DNA of 62,669 nucleotides, filler included, from Stramenopiles sp. TOSAG23-3 (Eukaryota), in assembly GCA_900128585.1 (NCBI GenBank). It is 8 parts of 8 records of this genome, joined end to end, with 100 filler letters (N's around TTAATTAATTAA, not from the genome) between each part and the next. Parts side by side here need not be neighbours in the genome. Positions count along the whole stretch, not along the records: positions 1 to 8,666 come from LT642994.1; positions 8,767 to 17,415 come from LT642995.1; 6 more parts are not named here. One strand, written 5' to 3'. Positions within the stretch are counted from its first letter, which is position 1, and the number at the start of each line of letters is the position of its first letter. The notes under the pieces were generated by a model, which did no database searches, had not been told where the DNA came from, and saw only the letters and a list, made by a program, of their open reading frames with translations. The translations under genes were made by a program, and so were the position numbers. This document shows positions 1-9,125 of this stretch, piece after piece.

Positions 1-79
1 CGTCTTGGTTGATGGTCTCTTTCTCCAGCAGCAGCTCTGCGATGGAAACGAGGGCCTCTTTCTTCTCTTCCAGCAACGC
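1..79. repeat. Exact inverted copy of 1428-1506 (probable MDA/assembly chimera at contig start)
   Basis: Bases 1-79 (cgtcttggtt...cagcaacgc) are the exact reverse complement of 1428-1506 (gcgttgctgg...ccaagacg). Confidence 0.95.
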
Positions 80-1673
80 GAAGAAATTCGCCAAAGACTC
101 GAAGGTCGACGTAACCTTCAAGGACGTCGCCGGGGTCGACGAGGCGAAGCGGGAAGTGATGGAGTTCGTCCAGTTTTTGCAAGACCCGAAACGGTTCACG
201 AAGCTGGGCGCAAAGATCCCCAAAGGTGCCCTCCTGGTTGGCCCCCCGGGCACGGGGAAAACGCTGCTTGCGAAGGCGACCGCGGGGGAAGCGTCGGTCC
301 CGTTCTTCAGCATAAGTGGGAGTGACTTTATCGAAATGTTCGTGGGCGTGGGGCCGTCGCGCGTCCGCGACCTGTTCAAACAGGCGAGGGAAAACACCCC
401 GTGCATTGTGTTCATCGATGAGATCGATGCGGTAGCCCGCGCCCGCGGCAAGGGCGGCTTCACCGGGAGCAACGACGAGAGGGAGAACACCTTGAACCAG
501 CTGCTGGTAGAGATGGACGGGTTCACGTCCTCGGAAGGCGTCGTCGTCCTCGCAGGGACCAACCGCGCCGACATTCTGGACAAGGCTATCCTCAGACCCG
601 GGCGCTTCGATCGACAGATCCAGGTGGACAAGCCGGACATCAAAGGCCGCAAGGATATTTTTGAAGTCCACCTGAAGAACATGACGCTCGACGGGGGGGC
701 GGTCCACCTGGCCCAGCTCGTCGAAGAAGGCCTGTCGTACAAAGATGCGAAGGCCACGGCGAAGGGGATGGACGCTCCGGACGAACCAGTGACCCGGTCG
801 TTCTTCGCAACGCGCCTGGCGGCCCTCACGCCAGGGTTTGCAGGGGCTGAGATCGCGAACATTGTGAACGAGGCGGCGATCATTGCCGCCCGGGATGCGA
901 AAGACACCATCGAGATGCGAGACTTCGAGAAAGCCTCGGAGCGGGTGATCGGGGGGATCGAGAAGCCGAACAATTTGATGACCCCGGACGAGAAAAAGAC
1001 CGTTGCCTACCACGAAGCGGGCCACGCCATTGCGGGGTGGTTTTTGGAGCATGCCGACCCGTTGCTGAAAGTGACCATCGTTCCCCGTGGAAGCGGTGCC
1101 CTCGGGTTTGCCCAATACTTGCCGAAAGAGGTGTCCCTGCATACCAAAGAACAGATCATGGACATGATGTGCATGGCGCTCGGGGGGCGAGCAGCGGAAG
1201 ACATTATCTTTGGCAGAGTAACTACGGGAGCCTCCGATGACTTGAACCGTGTCACGCAAATGGCGTACGGCATGGTGCGCGTGTACGGAATGAGTGAGAA
1301 CATTGGTAATGTCTCCTTTCCACCAAGTGAGGAAGCGCAGTTTGACAAGCCCTACAGTGATGCGACGGCGCAGCTGTTCGACGAGGAAGCAAAGCAGATC
1401 ATCACAGGCGCCTACGAACGGACAAGGGCGTTGCTGGAAGAGAAGAAAGAGGCCCTCGTTTCCATCGCAGAGCTGCTGCTGGAGAAAGAGACCATCAACC
1501 AAGACGGAGAGCGTCCCTTTGAAATGCAGGAGAACCAGAAGGCGTTTTTGAAAGCGAGCTTCTCTAAATTCGAGCGTGAGGAGGAGGAGGAAGAAGAAGA
1601 AAAGGACGGTGAAGGTGCGGAAGAGGAAAGTGAAACCAAAGAAGAAGACGAGGGGGACAACGTTTCAAAATGA
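72..1673 (+). CDS. AFG3: Mitochondrial m-AAA/FtsH-family ATP-dependent zinc metalloprotease (AFG3/paraplegin-like), 5'-truncated
   Basis: VTFKDVAG, Walker A GPPGTGKT, Walker B FIDEID, SRH motif [19 protein letters not shown], zinc motif HEAGH, and AFG3-type [14 protein letters not shown] and TTGASDD. The N-terminal TM region is missing and the first residues of ORF 9..1673 come from the inverted chimera. Confidence 0.93.
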   Translation, partial: SNAKKFAKDSKVDVTFKDVAGVDEAKREVMEFVQFLQDPKRFTKLGAKIPKGALLVGPPGTGKTLLAKATAGEASVPFFSISGSDFIEMFVGVGPSRVRDLFKQARENTPCIVFIDEIDAVARARGKGGFTGSNDERENTLNQLLVEMDGFTSSEGVVVLAGTNRADILDKAILRPGRFDRQIQVDKPDIKGRKDIFEVHLKNMTLDGGAVHLAQLVEEGLSYKDAKATAKGMDAPDEPVTRSFFATRLAALTPGFAGAEIANIVNEAAIIAARDAKDTIEMRDFEKASERVIGGIEKPNNLMTPDEKKTVAYHEAGHAIAGWFLEHADPLLKVTIVPRGSGALGFAQYLPKEVSLHTKEQIMDMMCMALGGRAAEDIIFGRVTTGASDDLNRVTQMAYGMVRVYGMSENIGNVSFPPSEEAQFDKPYSDATAQLFDEEAKQIITGAYERTRALLEEKKEALVSIAELLLEKETINQDGERPFEMQENQKAFLKASFSKFEREEEEEEEEKDGEGAEEESETKEEDEGDNVSK

Positions 1674-2014
1674 AACGGGGCCACACGTCGGTGACCCTTT
1701 TTCTCTTTTTGGCCAACGGACACGTGTTTGATTTTTTTTCCTTTCAAAACGAGAGATATGATATCATTCCGCGCCGGAGGTTAAAAAAAATTAAAAAATG
1801 TTTTTGTATAATTTCAAAAAATGTTAAGAATTTATACGCGTATCTTACACGTACAACACTCTAAGAGTAAACACGCCAATCCCCTTCGTACACAAAATCT
1901 GTAAAGTAGTAACACAGTGCGTGTGTGACAACTCTGCTGCAGCCACAAAAACGTGGTTTTGAAAGAGCACACGTTTTCGTCTGAAAAGAAATCACTCTCT
2001 TCCCCTCTCTCTAG

Positions 2015-2209
2015 TCAGTATGTTTTTACGTGTGGCATGAAATATTGCACGGCGATCGTAACAACGTAATAAGCCAACAAAATGAGGATCAACAGTGAAA
2101 TAATATTATCGTTATCCCTTGATCCAAAAAGGGGCTCCCGAAGTTTTTTCAGTTCGACTTTCGTGTTCACGCGCGGCTGTTCCTTACCGGCTTTGACACG
2201 TTTGTGCAT
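2015..2209 (-). CDS. Small single-pass membrane protein (64 aa), unknown function
   Basis: ATG at 2209; basic N-terminus followed by one hydrophobic helix (IISLLILILLAYYVVTIAV). Confidence 0.45.
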   Translation of the reverse strand: MHKRVKAGKEQPRVNTKVELKKLREPLFGSRDNDNIISLLILILLAYYVVTIAVQYFMPHVKTY

Positions 2210-2642
2210 TTTATCAAAATGTTTTGAAGGTTTTTCTAAAATACAGGGGAAACAAACAAAACAACGCAAATCGTGTGCTGGTTTCTTAATTATTTAAAAC
2301 ACATGACATGAGACCGATCTTACGACCTATCATGATCAGTTGGAAAAAGTAACAATCAACGGACGTCACGTCACGGTAATCTAAATTTGTGAAGAAAATG
2401 TGAAAGAAGAAAGAAGTAAGAATGAAAAAAGTTGTTTGTTTTATATATTTTATATTTTTTAGAAGAAAGAACTGGAGTAAATATTTTGGGGAAAATATTA
2501 GGTGTTACTTCAACTTACTGTTTAAAAAGAAAAATATCAGTGTTAATCGTATCTATATCTTATCTTTTTAAACCAAAGTCAAACTGTTTAGTTAGATCTC
2601 AATTTAAAAACAAAATATACTAACTCTCATTTTTTGATTCTT

Positions 2643-4412
2643 TTAGTCGTACTTCCTTTTATTTAGGCCATTTCGTGGGCGCTTCATCGGCACCTCGATT
2701 CTATTTGGTTTTTCAAAAACACCTTCTTCCCCGCTCATTGCTTCGGCGCATAGTCGGCATGCACAAGGGACCCCTTTCGCGCCAGTGTACTCCGACGGGG
2801 TCTTTCCCCTGTCAATGTTAATTGGAGATGGTGGTAGTCTAGGTGGGCCTGTTGCTACTGGGGTCAGCGTGCCTCCTCCTCCTTTGCCGCCTTTGCCGGC
2901 CTTGCCACTTTTTCCCCGCTTTGAATCCACGCTGGACACGCGCACGGATCCGCCGCCACTAACCGAAGCGTACGATGTGGGGCTTTGAGTCCCCATATAC
3001 GCCTGGCCTTTCTTTATGTTGGTGGATATTTCGCTTCTCGCCTTGACTCCACTTTTGGACGCGACTGATTTAGCCTTTGTGTCGAGCCCTGCGGCAACTT
3101 GCAAAAATTCGTTCACGTCCATAAAGTCGCGTGGGTTGTAGTTCTGCTCCGGGCACACATCGCAGCACTGGTCTACCACGGCAGTGTGCAACGGCGCCGA
3201 CTTCAGCCCTTCTAAAACTTCCAAAAATGCCTCTGGGCCGTGAACCGCACTAGAACCCGAGGGTACTCTTATCCTCTTGTCGTAATCGGCATCTGGTAGA
3301 AACCCAGCGGTGCAGAGCGGGCAGCAGGTCACGCCCTGCTGGTAATCCAACCCTGCAGGTGTGTCTGGTATGACGGAGGTGGAGAAGCCGGGGTCGACAG
3401 TAACACCAACGTTGTCGGCCACTGGGGCCCCTCCACTTTTGCCGCCTTTGCCGCTCTTCATTAAACTTGACGCTACGGCCATTCCTCCTAATCCTACCCC
3501 TACAGCGGCCCCGGCCCCAATGCCTGCGGCCACACTCCCTCCTACCGATCCGCCCTTCGAGTCAGAGCCGCCCTTCGACGATCCGCCCTTCGACGATCCG
3601 CCCTTCGACGAGCCGCCGCCCGAAGCTTTGGCGTCTTTCTTGGACTTCTTCGAGTCGGCCTTGGCGTCTTTCTTGGCCTTCTTCGAGTCGGCCTTGGCGT
3701 CTTTCTTGGCCTTCTTCGAGTCGGCCTTGGCGTCTTTCTTTGACTTTTTGGACTCAGCCTTCTGAGTCTTCTTTGCTTTGTCAGAGGCCTTTTTTGCCTT
3801 CTTGTCCGCAGCCTTTTTGGCTTTGTCAGAGGCCTTTTTGGCTTTCAAGTCCGCCTTCTTTTTCTTGTCCGAAGCTTTTTTCAACTTCTTATCCTTATCC
3901 TTTTTGGCTTTCTGCGAAATTTTCTTCGACTTCTTATCCTTATCCTTTTTGTCTTTCTGCGGACCTTTCTTGTCTTTCTGCGGGCCTTTCATGTCTCTCT
4001 GCGGCATGCCTTTCTTGTCTTTCTGCGCAGCGGCGCTACTAACAGACGTTTGGAGGAAACTTACGTCTTTGTCACTACTTTCGCTAATAGAAACGAAAGA
4101 AAACCTTTCGATCTGCTGCTTTCTAACTGTTGGCTGCTGCCGGGCCTGTGGACGTCGCTTCGTGTCCAAAAACGCAAGGGCTTTAGCTGTATGTGCAATT
4201 GGGATTTCTTTAATGCCGTGGTGCCTGTGGAACTTGTTCAAGGCGTGCAGTTTACTCTCTGCCGAAGTCTCAATAAGTGCTAGTTCCTCATAAAAGTTTT
4301 CAGGGCAGACTTGGCAACATCCATCCGTGACGCTGACAAACAGAGCCGCGCACAGCACCGTGAAAAAAACACATGCCCGTCCACTGACCGGGCCCATCCT
4401 ACTGTAAAACAT
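2643..4412 (-). CDS. Secreted protein with four CCxxC-type Cys clusters, Lys-rich repeats and Gly-rich segments
   Basis: Signal-peptide-like stretch (CVFFTVLCAALFVSVTDG); CCQVCPE, CCPLCT, CCDVCPE and CACRLCAE motifs; KKAKKDAKADS and KGGSS repeats. First ATG at 4412, alternative at 4397. Confidence 0.8.
   Translation of the reverse strand: MFYSRMGPVSGRACVFFTVLCAALFVSVTDGCCQVCPENFYEELALIETSAESKLHALNKFHRHHGIKEIPIAHTAKALAFLDTKRRPQARQQPTVRKQQIERFSFVSISESSDKDVSFLQTSVSSAAAQKDKKGMPQRDMKGPQKDKKGPQKDKKDKDKKSKKISQKAKKDKDKKLKKASDKKKKADLKAKKASDKAKKAADKKAKKASDKAKKTQKAESKKSKKDAKADSKKAKKDAKADSKKAKKDAKADSKKSKKDAKASGGGSSKGGSSKGGSSKGGSDSKGGSVGGSVAAGIGAGAAVGVGLGGMAVASSLMKSGKGGKSGGAPVADNVGVTVDPGFSTSVIPDTPAGLDYQQGVTCCPLCTAGFLPDADYDKRIRVPSGSSAVHGPEAFLEVLEGLKSAPLHTAVVDQCCDVCPEQNYNPRDFMDVNEFLQVAAGLDTKAKSVASKSGVKARSEISTNIKKGQAYMGTQSPTSYASVSGGGSVRVSSVDSKRGKSGKAGKGGKGGGGTLTPVATGPPRLPPSPINIDRGKTPSEYTGAKGVPCACRLCAEAMSGEEGVFEKPNRIEVPMKRPRNGLNKRKYD
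3550..3740 (-). repeat. Coding tandem repeats: 33-bp unit x~3.4 (KKAKKDAKADS) and 15-bp unit (KGGSS)
   Basis: ttggcgtctttctt recurs at 3628, 3661, 3694 and 3727; ccgcccttcga recurs four times within 3550-3612. Confidence 0.9.
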
Positions 4413-4966
4413 AGCCGAAAAGGACACTCGCAGGCTAGGCTGGGTTCAGTACACCTTGTCTCCGCTTGCAACTATTTCCTCCGGAACCTCACGTTAACGG
4501 TGGTAAGCAATAGAACCGATTGTCAACGACTTTTTCGCCATGAAATCAATCAAGCATTGTCAACGGAACCGTCACCATCGAAGCGAATGAATTTTGCTCC
4601 TTCCTCTAAGTCCCTTGTTACACACACTTCCATTTCCTGCCTTCGTTTTTCTTCTTGTTTTAATTCGATTGTTTTCCTTCGTTCGTTGCGTCTCTTCACA
4701 AATTAAGGTACGTTATTTTGGGATTAATGCATTTATCCTTTCATGATACTCAATACACATAATGAATACCAATATTTACGATAAAACAAAATATTATTCG
4801 GATAAATATCCATAACCTTAATTTAAATAGGCAGGCATCGAATCAAACAGAATGCCTCGATAATGCTGCTTCCTGTGCAAATGCAAACCGACCGGCCTTC
4901 GTTCAATGTAGTATGTGCTACACCTATAATAATACCTACCTTTGCCATTGGTTGGAAAGGAATGGG

Positions 4967-4993
4967 AAAGAAAGAGTCGAAAGAAAGAGTCGA

Positions 4994-5025
<32 letters not shown>

Positions 5026-5059
5026 GTCGAAAGAAAGAAAGAAAGAAAGAAAGAAAGGA

Positions 5060-5090
<31 letters not shown>
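4967..5090. repeat. (GAAA)n microsatellite
   Basis: Direct reading; it generates the low-complexity ORFs at 4818-5163. Confidence 0.95.
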
Positions 5091-5802
5091 GAGCAATGCA
5101 ATTACTTCAGTTGCTGTGATGAAATGTAATGTAATGACTTCAACGTCTTGGTTTGTTTCTTAAACTCGATGCATGAATCGTTCTAAACCCTGTTCGTATC
5201 TAACTCTTTCTCTCTATTCAATTTCATAGACTAGCAAACTTAAGTTGAAACTATTCCTTCCTTTTAGATGATAGAAAGGGTTTCCATTTCCATTGTGTAC
5301 CTACTTAACTTACCGTAGTAGATAATCTGGTTCCTCCATTTCTTTGTTTCCATTGATTTCAAAGTTATCTTGGATCGAGTGGACGTTTATCTTACAATTC
5401 TTCCTTTCCCTTTCCTTTCCTTCAAATCCCCCCCTTTTTCACTTTACTGGGTTTCTCTTGCCAAACTCCTCTTTTTTCATTTCTAATGCTATGTTCTTGT
5501 AATAAGAAATAACATATATACAGCATTGAATTTATTTGTAAAGATAATTTATTAAAGGTGCCATACTTTAAATTGTGTAATAAGTATATCTATAATACTG
5601 TGTTTATGTATGTGTAAAAGACAGAAGAATGACGCTCCTTATAGCTTCCAAATTTTAAATTCCAAATTCCAAATTCCAAATTCCAAATTATTATCTAAAC
5701 TATATACCGGTAAGTAAAAGAGAAGAAAATACTTTAAAAGTATGAATACATTTTCGAGTCGTCCATGTACTTGGTATTGTATAAAATACGACTTTCAGTC
5801 AG

Positions 5803-8196
5803 TCAGGCCTCTTCGATCTCTGTGTATTCGGCCTTTTCCACCTGAGGACGCCAGACGTTTTCGTACCACAATATCTCTTCCACGATGAACTTTCGAATGT
5901 TTGGAATGTTCCGCGCTTCCGTTTCGAAAGAAAAATCAATCACCTTTCCCCGCTGGGTTTCCTCGTTGAACTCGTTCAGGTACGGGGCAAGGTACGGGTG
6001 GGCCAATGCCTCGTCGATGGTGATCCGGTTCGCGGGGTTGAACTGCAGCAGTTTGGTCAACAGATCGATGGCTTCGGGGGGGGCCTCTTTGAACCGCTGC
6101 GCCAGGCTGCGCTCGGGCTTTACCTCCTTGTCCTTAATCTTGGTCCTTATCTTCTCCTGCAGCTTTGCCCCCATCTTGCTTTTGAACCGAGAGCCGCTGA
6201 GCATCGCGTCGATGGTCGCCTTTGCCGGGGAGCCGACGACTTCAAAAATTGTTTCCAGCTGGTCCAAACGCTGGTGGGCGGGGATGTCCCCGGTGGGGCT
6301 AAACTCGCAGGGACCTCCGGGAAAGAGCGGGTCGCGGGCCCCGGAGCCCATCATGGTCAACATTTCCGCCATGATGCAGCCCGCGGACCACAAGTCGATC
6401 GCGGCGTCGTAGTTGCAGCGCAAGATCAGCTCCGGGGCACGGTACCACCGCGTGGCGACGTGCTGGGTCAGCTGGCGGCGGTACTTGGGCGGGGGCTTGT
6501 GCTCCACGGCGGGGGAGGGCGGCGCCGCCGCGGACTGCTTGGTGCCGGACGAGTTGCCCGCCCCGGCGCTCCCCTGCCCGTCCGCCGCGCCGTTGGCGAC
6601 GTTGTACCCCACCATCGGCCTCGCCAGGCCAAAGTCGCAGATGGACAGCTGGCACGTCTCCGTCAACAAAATGTTCGCGGGCTTCAGGTCCCGGTGCAGC
6701 ACCCGGCAGTTGTGCATGTACTGGAGCCCCCGCAGGAGCTGGGCCATGAAGAACACGACGTGCGCAGACGTGAGGGTTTGGCTCTGGTCCCCGATCAGCT
6801 TCATCATGTCGGTGTCCCGCATCGCGAACACGATGTAGAGCTCGTTGAACCTGTCCAGGTCGGGGGGGCGAATGATGTCCATGATCTGAATGACGTTCTT
6901 GTGCCGCAACTCCCTCAAGATGCTAATCTCCCGCAAAATTCTCCGGGCGTCGCCGTAGTTGTCGAAGAGGCCTTTGATCCGCTTTATGGCGACCTTCTCG
7001 CCCGTCAACAGGTCCTTCGCTGCCATCACCTGCCCGTACGAGCCCTTTCCGATGACCCGGTCGGGCTCGTACCGTTCCCCGATGTACCAGTCGTCGAACG
7101 GTTTGGCCAGGAGCATCTCGATGTCCGCGTCGAACGACGGGGAACTCTCCGGCTTGTTCTTCTTCCGGGCCTCCTCCGCGTTCCGCGCCACCTCCACCGC
7201 CCGCACCTCCTCCTCGGCCTCTCGGAGGAGCTTTGCGGCCACGTCGTCCTCCTCGTCGGGGTCGTCCTCGTCGGGGCCGCCCTCCTCGTCGGGCACGGAA
7301 TCGTGCTCGGGCGGCGGGGCCTTCTGGGTCTCCGCCGGGCCGGGGGCGGGGCTCGCAGCGGCGGCGGCGGCGGCAGTGCCCGCGTGACCCTCCCCCTCCG
7401 GGGGGCTCTGCGACTCTTCCCGGAGCATCTTCGTCTGGTCCATCCTCTCCATCAACTCTTGGGACTCTGGCAGCTTGGGACTGGAGACGTCCACGTCGGG
7501 CGCGGGCTGGTGCGCGACCAGCGACCGCTTGTGCGGGGACGACGAGACGGGCGCAGAGTACGCCCGCTGAAGCCCGTTCCCGGTGGTGGACGGGCTGTTC
7601 ACTATGGACTGCTGGGGGGGCTGCCGGCCGCCCATGCTGCCGAAAAATCCGTCGGCCTCCCCAATGCTGGTGTCCACTTGAAACTGAGCGTCCGGGAGAA
7701 AGTCGAAGGACGAGGAGGTTCGAAAGAGCGACCCGCGGCTGGGTATTCTGCCGCGGGCGACGGAGAGGCGAGGCTTCCGGGCCGGGACCGCCCCGTCGCT
7801 GTTGCCCCTGCCGGTCAGGCCTCCCTGCGCCGACGACGAGTTTGCCGCCGCGGACTCTGCGGCCAGCCACGGGGCAAGGACGTGCGGCGTGGAAAAGGTC
7901 GCGGAGGACAGCCGGCGGCGCCTTCGAACGTCGGGAAAGCCGGCGAAGGATCCGACGCTGACGCTCCGCTCCATCCCTTGGGGCGCTGCGATGTGCTCGA
8001 AGCTGACGGACCGGTGCCTGTCTTTCTCCTCGGACGACGACGAGCGCCGCGGCCGCTTCGGCAGGTCCCCGGTCGACCCCAACAGCGCGGCGTGGGTCCG
8101 TTTCTTCAGCGACGACTTCGCCGGCGGGACGAAGACGTGGTCGGCGTTCTTCTTCGAACCGTTGTCTTTGCCATCGTCGGTCGCAAACGAGGACAT
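5803..8196 (-). CDS. Mitogen-activated protein kinase, atypical TQH activation loop, long disordered N-terminus
   Basis: GKGSYG, VAIKRI, RILREISILR, HRDLKPANILL, ICDFGLAR, LTQHVATRWYRAPE, DLWSAGCIMAE and RITIDEALAHPY, all typical of MAPKs. Confidence 0.93.
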   Translation of the reverse strand: MSSFATDDGKDNGSKKNADHVFVPPAKSSLKKRTHAALLGSTGDLPKRPRRSSSSEEKDRHRSVSFEHIAAPQGMERSVSVGSFAGFPDVRRRRRLSSATFSTPHVLAPWLAAESAAANSSSAQGGLTGRGNSDGAVPARKPRLSVARGRIPSRGSLFRTSSSFDFLPDAQFQVDTSIGEADGFFGSMGGRQPPQQSIVNSPSTTGNGLQRAYSAPVSSSPHKRSLVAHQPAPDVDVSSPKLPESQELMERMDQTKMLREESQSPPEGEGHAGTAAAAAAASPAPGPAETQKAPPPEHDSVPDEEGGPDEDDPDEEDDVAAKLLREAEEEVRAVEVARNAEEARKKNKPESSPSFDADIEMLLAKPFDDWYIGERYEPDRVIGKGSYGQVMAAKDLLTGEKVAIKRIKGLFDNYGDARRILREISILRELRHKNVIQIMDIIRPPDLDRFNELYIVFAMRDTDMMKLIGDQSQTLTSAHVVFFMAQLLRGLQYMHNCRVLHRDLKPANILLTETCQLSICDFGLARPMVGYNVANGAADGQGSAGAGNSSGTKQSAAAPPSPAVEHKPPPKYRRQLTQHVATRWYRAPELILRCNYDAAIDLWSAGCIMAEMLTMMGSGARDPLFPGGPCEFSPTGDIPAHQRLDQLETIFEVVGSPAKATIDAMLSGSRFKSKMGAKLQEKIRTKIKDKEVKPERSLAQRFKEAPPEAIDLLTKLLQFNPANRITIDEALAHPYLAPYLNEFNEETQRGKVIDFSFETEARNIPNIRKFIVEEILWYENVWRPQVEKAEYTEIEEA

Positions 8197-8666
8197 CCTT
8201 TCAACGAATCAAAAACAAAACAAAACAATAGGGCACGTGGTGGTGGTGGTGGTGGTGATGATACAAACTAACGCGGCAGAAGAATCGTCCTGCTTTGTGT
8301 GCGGTCTTTCTTAAATAATAATTCCGTACTACAATACTGATAAACCAACGAAATGAAAACGAAGGAACGACGGGGGTAAACAAAGAAACAGGAACAAACC
8401 AACAAATAAATAAACAATCGATCAATCCTCTCACTAAAATCTTAAAATCAAATCTAATTCAACTTCTGAGTTTTTTAAGTTGTTTGTTCAATCATCTCAT
8501 ATAATATATTAAACGAAATTATTGTCGTCATTCGTCGTCGTTCGTTCGTTCGTCGCATCATATTATTACGGTATATTTATAATTTAAAATCTTCTTTTCT
8601 TCTCATCATTTTTTTAAAATCATCTGCTGTTGTCTTCTTCTTTCTTTCTTTCTTTCTTCTTTCTTT

Positions 8667-8766
8667 NNNNNNNNNNNNNNNNNNNNNNNNNNNNNNNNNN
8701 NNNNNNNNNNTTAATTAATTAANNNNNNNNNNNNNNNNNNNNNNNNNNNNNNNNNNNNNNNNNNNN
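8667..8766. other. Artificial contig spacer (44N-TTAATTAATTAA-44N)
   Basis: The same 100-bp spacer, with stops in all six frames, occurs seven times in the window. Confidence 0.98.
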
Positions 8767-9125
8767 AGTAGAAGAAGAAGAAAAAGCAGCAGCAGGAAAT
8801 GAACAAAAAAGAACGAACAAAATGAGGTGATTTTGGTGATCTACTGTTACGGAAGAAATAACCAGACTAGTATGTTCCTCCACCATCTTTTCCAACTTCA
8901 CAATTAAGCACGACATCAGTAATAAAGGTTAGAGCCATACATGTGATAAAACAGTTCGCACTGAGAAAAGAAAGACAGTAGCGCCCGTGACAACGAATTT
9001 ACTCTACAATAAACAATAGTACATTGCCAAGTGGACGTCGAACCTGCTGAAAACTCAATCTTGCGCCAAATCAATTGTATTCTTAGAATTTGTTAAATGC
9101 GTTGAGAGATATTTATCCATCCATT

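Noticed and set aside
690..800. ~30-aa insertion in the AFG3 AAA domain as a retained intron or intein
   Set aside because: In frame with coding-like composition, and no convincing splice signals or intein termini; more likely a surface loop.
4818..5163. ORFs rich in FLS or KER
   Set aside because: Translations of the (GAAA)n microsatellite; the same applies to 61801-62067.
5998..8271. 757-aa plus-strand ORF and other long overlapping ORFs in GC-rich genes
   Set aside because: Antisense shadows of GC3-rich genes (MAPK, FN3/PA gene, UIM gene) with no recognisable motifs.
8711..8722. TTAATTAATTAA palindrome recurring about every 8.7 kb
   Set aside because: Always embedded in exactly 44+44 N; it is an artificial six-frame-stop linker.
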